The position numbers and the translations under genes are program-made. 64,000 nt of DNA from an uncultured Azospirillaceae bacterium. GTDB taxonomy: Bacteria; Pseudomonadota; Alphaproteobacteria; Rickettsiales; UBA3002. Positions 59,809 to 64,000 of the stretch are shown one piece after another (the first letter of the stretch is position 1; every line of letters starts with the position of its first letter). The stretch spans positions 7,904 to 71,903 of the forward strand of contig CAYGTO010000005.1 of NCBI GenBank assembly GCA_964352815.1, given 5' to 3'. The notes under the pieces are model-generated. The model ran no database searches. It saw only the letters and a program-made list of their open reading frames with translations, and had not been told where the DNA came from.

Positions 59809-60813
59809 ATGACTGAGATTACGCCACAGTCGAACGATCGTTCAGCTATCACGCCTGCAATTCCACGTGATTTGGAAGGTGAGATTGATCGCCTGCGCAC
59901 GGAAATGAACGCAGTCATTTTGGCTCATTACTATCAAGAGGACGAGATTCAGGACATTGCCGACTTTGTGGGTGATTCGCTCGATCTCTCGCGTAAGGCG
60001 GCGGCGACGGATGCGGATGTGATCGTGTTTTGCGGTGTTAAATTCATGGCGGAAACCGCAAAAATTTTGAGCCCAGAGAAAACGGTGCTACTTCCGGATT
60101 TGAAGGCAGGGTGTTCGCTTGAAGATTCCTGCCAACCAGAGAAATTCAAAGCGTTTCGTGAGGCACACCCGGACCATCTCTCGCTGACCTACATCAATTG
60201 CTCGGCCGAGGTGAAAGCGCTATCGGATATTATTGTGACTTCGACGAATGCGGAACATATCATCAACCAAATTCCCGAAGACCAGCCAATTTTGTGGGCA
60301 CCGGATAAATTTCTCGGCGGCTATTTGGCGAAGAAAACGGGCCGTGAGATGCTCTTGTGGGACGGGACATGTATTGTGCATGAGCGTTTTTCTGAACAGG
60401 AATTAGTGAAACTTAAAACCCGCCATGCAGGCGCGCATGTAATTGCGCATCCGGAGTGCCCCGAAGCATTGCTGAATCATGCGAACCATATTGGTTCGAC
60501 CTCCTCCTTGCTGAAATTCACAGAAGAACGCCCGGGTGAAGAATTCATCGTGCTGACCGAGCCAGGGATTCTGCATCAGATGGAGCTGCGCTCGAAAGGC
60601 AGCACTTTTTATGATGTGCCCGGCGCGATGGATTCGGGCTGTGTGTCGTGTAATCATTGCCCTTATATGAAAATGAATACGATGGAAAAGCTCTATCTCT
60701 GTATGGATCAGCGCGCGCCAGAGCTCACGCTTTCTCCCGAGCTTATCACAGCGGCACATAAGCCACTTGCGAAGATGTTAGAGATGTCGCAAGATATCCC
60801 GATAAAGAAATAA
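59809..60813 (+). CDS. nadA: quinolinate synthase
   Basis: 334 aa with ILAHYYQ, VHERF and conserved Cys ligands (C..CxxC..). Confidence 0.93.
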   Translation: MTEITPQSNDRSAITPAIPRDLEGEIDRLRTEMNAVILAHYYQEDEIQDIADFVGDSLDLSRKAAATDADVIVFCGVKFMAETAKILSPEKTVLLPDLKAGCSLEDSCQPEKFKAFREAHPDHLSLTYINCSAEVKALSDIIVTSTNAEHIINQIPEDQPILWAPDKFLGGYLAKKTGREMLLWDGTCIVHERFSEQELVKLKTRHAGAHVIAHPECPEALLNHANHIGSTSSLLKFTEERPGEEFIVLTEPGILHQMELRSKGSTFYDVPGAMDSGCVSCNHCPYMKMNTMEKLYLCMDQRAPELTLSPELITAAHKPLAKMLEMSQDIPIKK

Positions 60814-60824
60814 CACATTATTTT

Positions 60825-60979
60825 GTCATTGCCACGGTAAGCGAGCAGATAGCGAGCGCATCCAGGCAATCCATTCCATTGATGTCAGGAGACATCAATG
60901 GAAATAAAAATGTCTTCTGACATTTTTATTCTGGATCCCCGGGATCTTTTGTCTTGCTGACAAAAGCCCCGAGGATGAC
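60825..60979 (+). repeat. compound 155-nt element, right inverted copy flanking nadA
   Basis: gtcattgccacgg...ccaggcaatcc..[ttccattgatgtc-agga-gacatcaatggaa]..[ataaaaatgtc-ttct-gacatttttat]..ggatccccggg..[cttttgt-cttgctg-acaaaag]ccccgaggatgac. Its architecture is the reverse complement of 59563-59716. Confidence 0.85.
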
Positions 60980-60996
60980 AGATTACGGAGGCATAT

Positions 60997-61665
60997 ATGC
61001 GCGTATTAATTATCATTCTTCTTCTCATTGGGGCGTGCGCCGGCGGGCTTTATTACTCATGGCAAGCAAAGACTGAAGCGTATCTCGGTTATATCAAATA
61101 TATGATTGAGAGCTATGAGATGAATATGCCAAAGGGCATGGAAGTAGTGACCGAGGGTTTTGCGATAGAGGGCTTCCCATTCGAGAATCGTGTGGTGATG
61201 TCTCATTCAAGTTTAGTGAGTGATGACGGGATTGAGCATTTAGAGATTCACAGCCACCGCATCGCGTTTACGCTTGAATCGGTAGGCAATTACACGCGTA
61301 CAAAAGTGGAGTGGCTTGAGCCGATTAAGGTGATTTATGGCCGCAACGGCAACCAGAACACATACCGCGTTAAGCAGGTTGAGCCAATGACGGCGTATTT
61401 AAAATATGGCAGCAAGCAGAACAATAAAACGCCGACCACGCTAGATACCATGCCGCCGCCTAATCGGGCTGGAGTGAAACTTCCAAAACCCTTCGTGCTC
61501 GAAGCAACATGCGGGGAGGTGAAAGAGACCATTGCCTTTCCCAAGCTACCAGAGATGAATACGGTGTTGTGGGTCGAAATTCCGACAAATCTATACAATT
61601 CATTGAGAATTTTTACGTACATGATTGATGAAGCCTTAAAGGGTAAAGGTAACTGCATAAAATAG
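60997..61665 (+). CDS. hypothetical membrane-anchored protein (possibly DUF2125-like)
   Basis: GGAGG SD, an N-terminal TM segment (VLIIILLLIGACAGGLYY) and an EGFPFENRVV segment reminiscent of DUF2125. The assignment is tentative. Confidence 0.5.
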   Translation: MRVLIIILLLIGACAGGLYYSWQAKTEAYLGYIKYMIESYEMNMPKGMEVVTEGFAIEGFPFENRVVMSHSSLVSDDGIEHLEIHSHRIAFTLESVGNYTRTKVEWLEPIKVIYGRNGNQNTYRVKQVEPMTAYLKYGSKQNNKTPTTLDTMPPPNRAGVKLPKPFVLEATCGEVKETIAFPKLPEMNTVLWVEIPTNLYNSLRIFTYMIDEALKGKGNCIK

Positions 61666-61787
61666 TGTAAGGCCAAGAGGCTAAAGTAGGGCGACTCATA
61701 AATACTGCACCTGCGAAGCAGCTCTTTGACTCAACTCAATGATTCTATTACAACTATCCGACTTTCGCGAAACAAGCGGGGCGGGGA

Positions 61788-62627
61788 GTGCAACCAAACA
61801 TCGAAGAATTACAGCGTATTATTGTAATGGCGCTCACGGAAGATATCGGCAATGGCGATATCACCTCGGAACTATGCATTGATGCAGAACATCAGAGCCA
61901 CTACGCCTTTGTCGCACGCGAAGATATGGTGTCGTGTGGTGCGCAGATCGCAGCGCAAATTCTCCAGGTGGTCGACCCAACGATTGAGATTACCTATATC
62001 AGTGAAGACGGCGCACGTATTAAAGCGGGGGAGTCACTCGCTCAAGTATCTGGGCCCACACGCGCTATCCTGACAGGCGAGCGCGTGGCGCTTAACTTGC
62101 TGCAGCGTATGTGCGGTATTGCGACTGAAACAAAAGCCTATACCGATGCTGTTGCTGGTACGAAGGCAACGATCCTAGATACGCGCAAGACCATGCCGGG
62201 GTTGCGGGCGATTGATAAATATGCCGTGCGTGTTGGCGGTGGGAGGAACCATCGCATGCGTCTGGATGATGCGATTCTAATCAAAGATAACCATATCGCG
62301 GCGGCAGGAAGCGTTTCAGAAGCGTTGTCACGTGCCAAAACAGCCGCACCAGTGACGGCAACCATCGAAGTGGAATGTGATACGCTTGACCAGGTGAAAG
62401 ACGTGCTTGCGATTGGAGTGGATGTCATCTTGCTCGACAATATGAGCCCTGAAAAGTTGAAAGAAGCGGTCGCGCTTATCGGGGATCAGGCTAAAACCGA
62501 AGCGTCAGGAAATGTGTCGTTGGAGAACGTGAAGGCAATCGCTGAAAGTGGCGTAGATTATATTTCGATAGGGCGTTTGACGCATTCGGTGCGTAGTGTC
62601 GATATTGGATTGGATGTGGCGGTGTGA
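61788..62627 (+). CDS. nadC: nicotinate-nucleotide diphosphorylase (carboxylating)
   Basis: GTG start. ALTEDIGNGDITS, TRKTMPGLR and IMLDN-like ILLDNM motifs. Confidence 0.92.
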   Translation: MQPNIEELQRIIVMALTEDIGNGDITSELCIDAEHQSHYAFVAREDMVSCGAQIAAQILQVVDPTIEITYISEDGARIKAGESLAQVSGPTRAILTGERVALNLLQRMCGIATETKAYTDAVAGTKATILDTRKTMPGLRAIDKYAVRVGGGRNHRMRLDDAILIKDNHIAAAGSVSEALSRAKTAAPVTATIEVECDTLDQVKDVLAIGVDVILLDNMSPEKLKEAVALIGDQAKTEASGNVSLENVKAIAESGVDYISIGRLTHSVRSVDIGLDVAV

Positions 62628-63160
62628 TGTTAGCAGTGGCTCTGATGATCGACTCCCTCAACCGCTTTCTTGGCAAAAGCGTTTCGTGGCTTGCCCTTGG
62701 AATGGTGGTCATGATGAGCACAAATGTAGCGATGCGGTATTTGTTCTCCGAGGGTACACCATGGCAGCAAGAAATTGTACGTTTTATGCATGGGATTGTG
62801 TTCTTAGCGGGCGCCGCCTATGCGCTTCAGCGCGAGCAGCATGTGCGCGTGGATATTCTCTATCAGGGGTTTTGTGACCGAAAGAAAGCGTGGGTCAATA
62901 TTATAGGAACGCTTATGTTCCTGTTTCCAGTCGCGATCGCGCTGATCTATTTCTCACTCCACTATGTGCTTGGGTCATGGGCGATCTATGAAGGTTCGAC
63001 GGAATATAAGGGCATGCCTGGCGTCTTCATCTTCAAGACATTTATCTGGGTCGCTGGTGGGACGCTCATTCTGCAGGGCGTTTCTTCGATCATTCATAGT
63101 ATTCGTACTTTGCAAGGCAAAGAACCGGCGATTCAAAGTCACCATGAGGAGCATGTCTAA
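62627..63160 (+). CDS. dctQ: TRAP transporter small permease subunit
   Basis: About 177 aa with four TM segments. ATG 62627 overlaps the nadC TGA; GTG 62624 is an alternative. Confidence 0.8.
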   Translation: MLAVALMIDSLNRFLGKSVSWLALGMVVMMSTNVAMRYLFSEGTPWQQEIVRFMHGIVFLAGAAYALQREQHVRVDILYQGFCDRKKAWVNIIGTLMFLFPVAIALIYFSLHYVLGSWAIYEGSTEYKGMPGVFIFKTFIWVAGGTLILQGVSSIIHSIRTLQGKEPAIQSHHEEHV

Positions 63161-64000
63161 TGGCTGAATTAATGCCAATTCTGATGGTGGTAAGTATATT
63201 CGCAGGACTCATTATCGGCTATCCCGTTGCGTTCACACTCGGCGGTGTGGCGATTATATATGCACTGTTAGGCGAAGCATTCGGGATCTTTAATCTCAGT
63301 ACAATGAGTGCACTGCCGAGCAGTGTGTATGGGGTGATGACCAGTGATCTACTGATTGCTGTTCCGCTGTTTGTATTTATGGGAATCACGTTGGAGCGCG
63401 CCAAGATTGCGGAAGAGCTCCTTGAAACTATGGCTGGGCTGTTTGGGTCGATGCGTGCCGGACTAGGCATCTCCGTATTGCTGGTTGGTGCTGTGCTTGC
63501 GGCGTCTACCGGGATTGTTGGCGCAACGGTTGTGACGATGGGGCTGTTTTCACTGCCTGCGATGATCAAAAATGGCTACTGTAAAAAAATCTCGACGGGA
63601 ACGATTTGTGCTGCGGGAACGCTTGGTCAGATCATCCCACCATCGATCGTGTTGATTCTTCTCGCAGATCAAATCTCGAGCTCATGGCAAACAGCACAGC
63701 TCAATATGGGCGTATTGACTCCGGTGCCGGTCAGCGTGTCGGATCTCTTTGTTGCCGCGCTGATTCCAGGCTTTGGCTTGGTCGCGATTTACGTGATTTG
63801 GCAGCTGATTTATAGTGCGGCAGATGCCTCACGGATGCCGCCACTGTGTGCGAATGAGCGTCAGCGTATGTTTGATGATGGCAAATTGAAAGCGATTTTG
63901 CGGACTCTTTTCCCGCCACTGGCCCTAATCGCCATTGTTCTAGGCTCGATTTTGGGTGGTATTGCGACTGCAACGGAGTCGGCTGCGGTGGGTGCGCTGG
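63160..64000 (+). CDS. dctM: TRAP transporter large permease subunit (5' part; runs off the right edge)
   Basis: My own translation from ATG 63160 (TAATG overlap with dctQ) gives MAELMPILMVVSIFAGLIIGYPVAFTLGGVAIIYALLG...PLFVFMGITLERAKIAEELLETM...GIVGATVVTMG, typical of DctM. It is absent from the ORF track because there is no stop in the window. Confidence 0.85.
   Translation, partial: MAELMPILMVVSIFAGLIIGYPVAFTLGGVAIIYALLGEAFGIFNLSTMSALPSSVYGVMTSDLLIAVPLFVFMGITLERAKIAEELLETMAGLFGSMRAGLGISVLLVGAVLAASTGIVGATVVTMGLFSLPAMIKNGYCKKISTGTICAAGTLGQIIPPSIVLILLADQISSSWQTAQLNMGVLTPVPVSVSDLFVAALIPGFGLVAIYVIWQLIYSAADASRMPPLCANERQRMFDDGKLKAILRTLFPPLALIAIVLGSILGGIATATESAAVGAL

Overview
This looks like a chromosomal segment of an alphaproteobacterium. 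The call rests on gene content and order: trpE-G-D-C; tpiA-secG-pyrG-kdsA-eno-ftsB-pdhA-pdhB-pdhC-lpdA; tyrS/rne/amidase/mrcA/prfB/mnmA; ahcY-histidine kinase-purU; gltA; nhaA; mutY; thiC; nadA/nadC; TRAP dctQM. Coding density is high. I saw no rRNA, tRNA, CRISPR array, transposase or integrase. The conserved backbone carries several unusual features. (1) A dense family of GTCAT...ATGAC nested-hairpin repeat elements, at least 15 copies of 58-155 nt plus mosaics of about 300 nt. The arms co-vary between copies. Copies bracket secG, nadA and a foreign-looking gene, and one sits in frame inside an alpha/beta-hydrolase CDS. (2) A G+C-rich RTX/DUF4214-like gene lies between two repeat mosaics in direct orientation. 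(3) The pyruvate dehydrogenase cluster is interrupted three times, once by a translationally coupled AT-rich TM-orphan + MntA + HepT cassette. (4) A two-gene operon encodes a 706-aa membrane-anchored pseudokinase-like protein and a 4-TM partner. (5) A near-identical Pho-box-like 22-mer sits upstream of two accessory genes. (6) Smaller oddities: a citrate synthase with a 57-aa basic tail, a small hydrophobic ORF with its own promoter, and several orphan genes. All calls come from reading the sequence and the ORF track. No database search or computation was run. Gene starts chosen differently from the ORF track are explained per feature.
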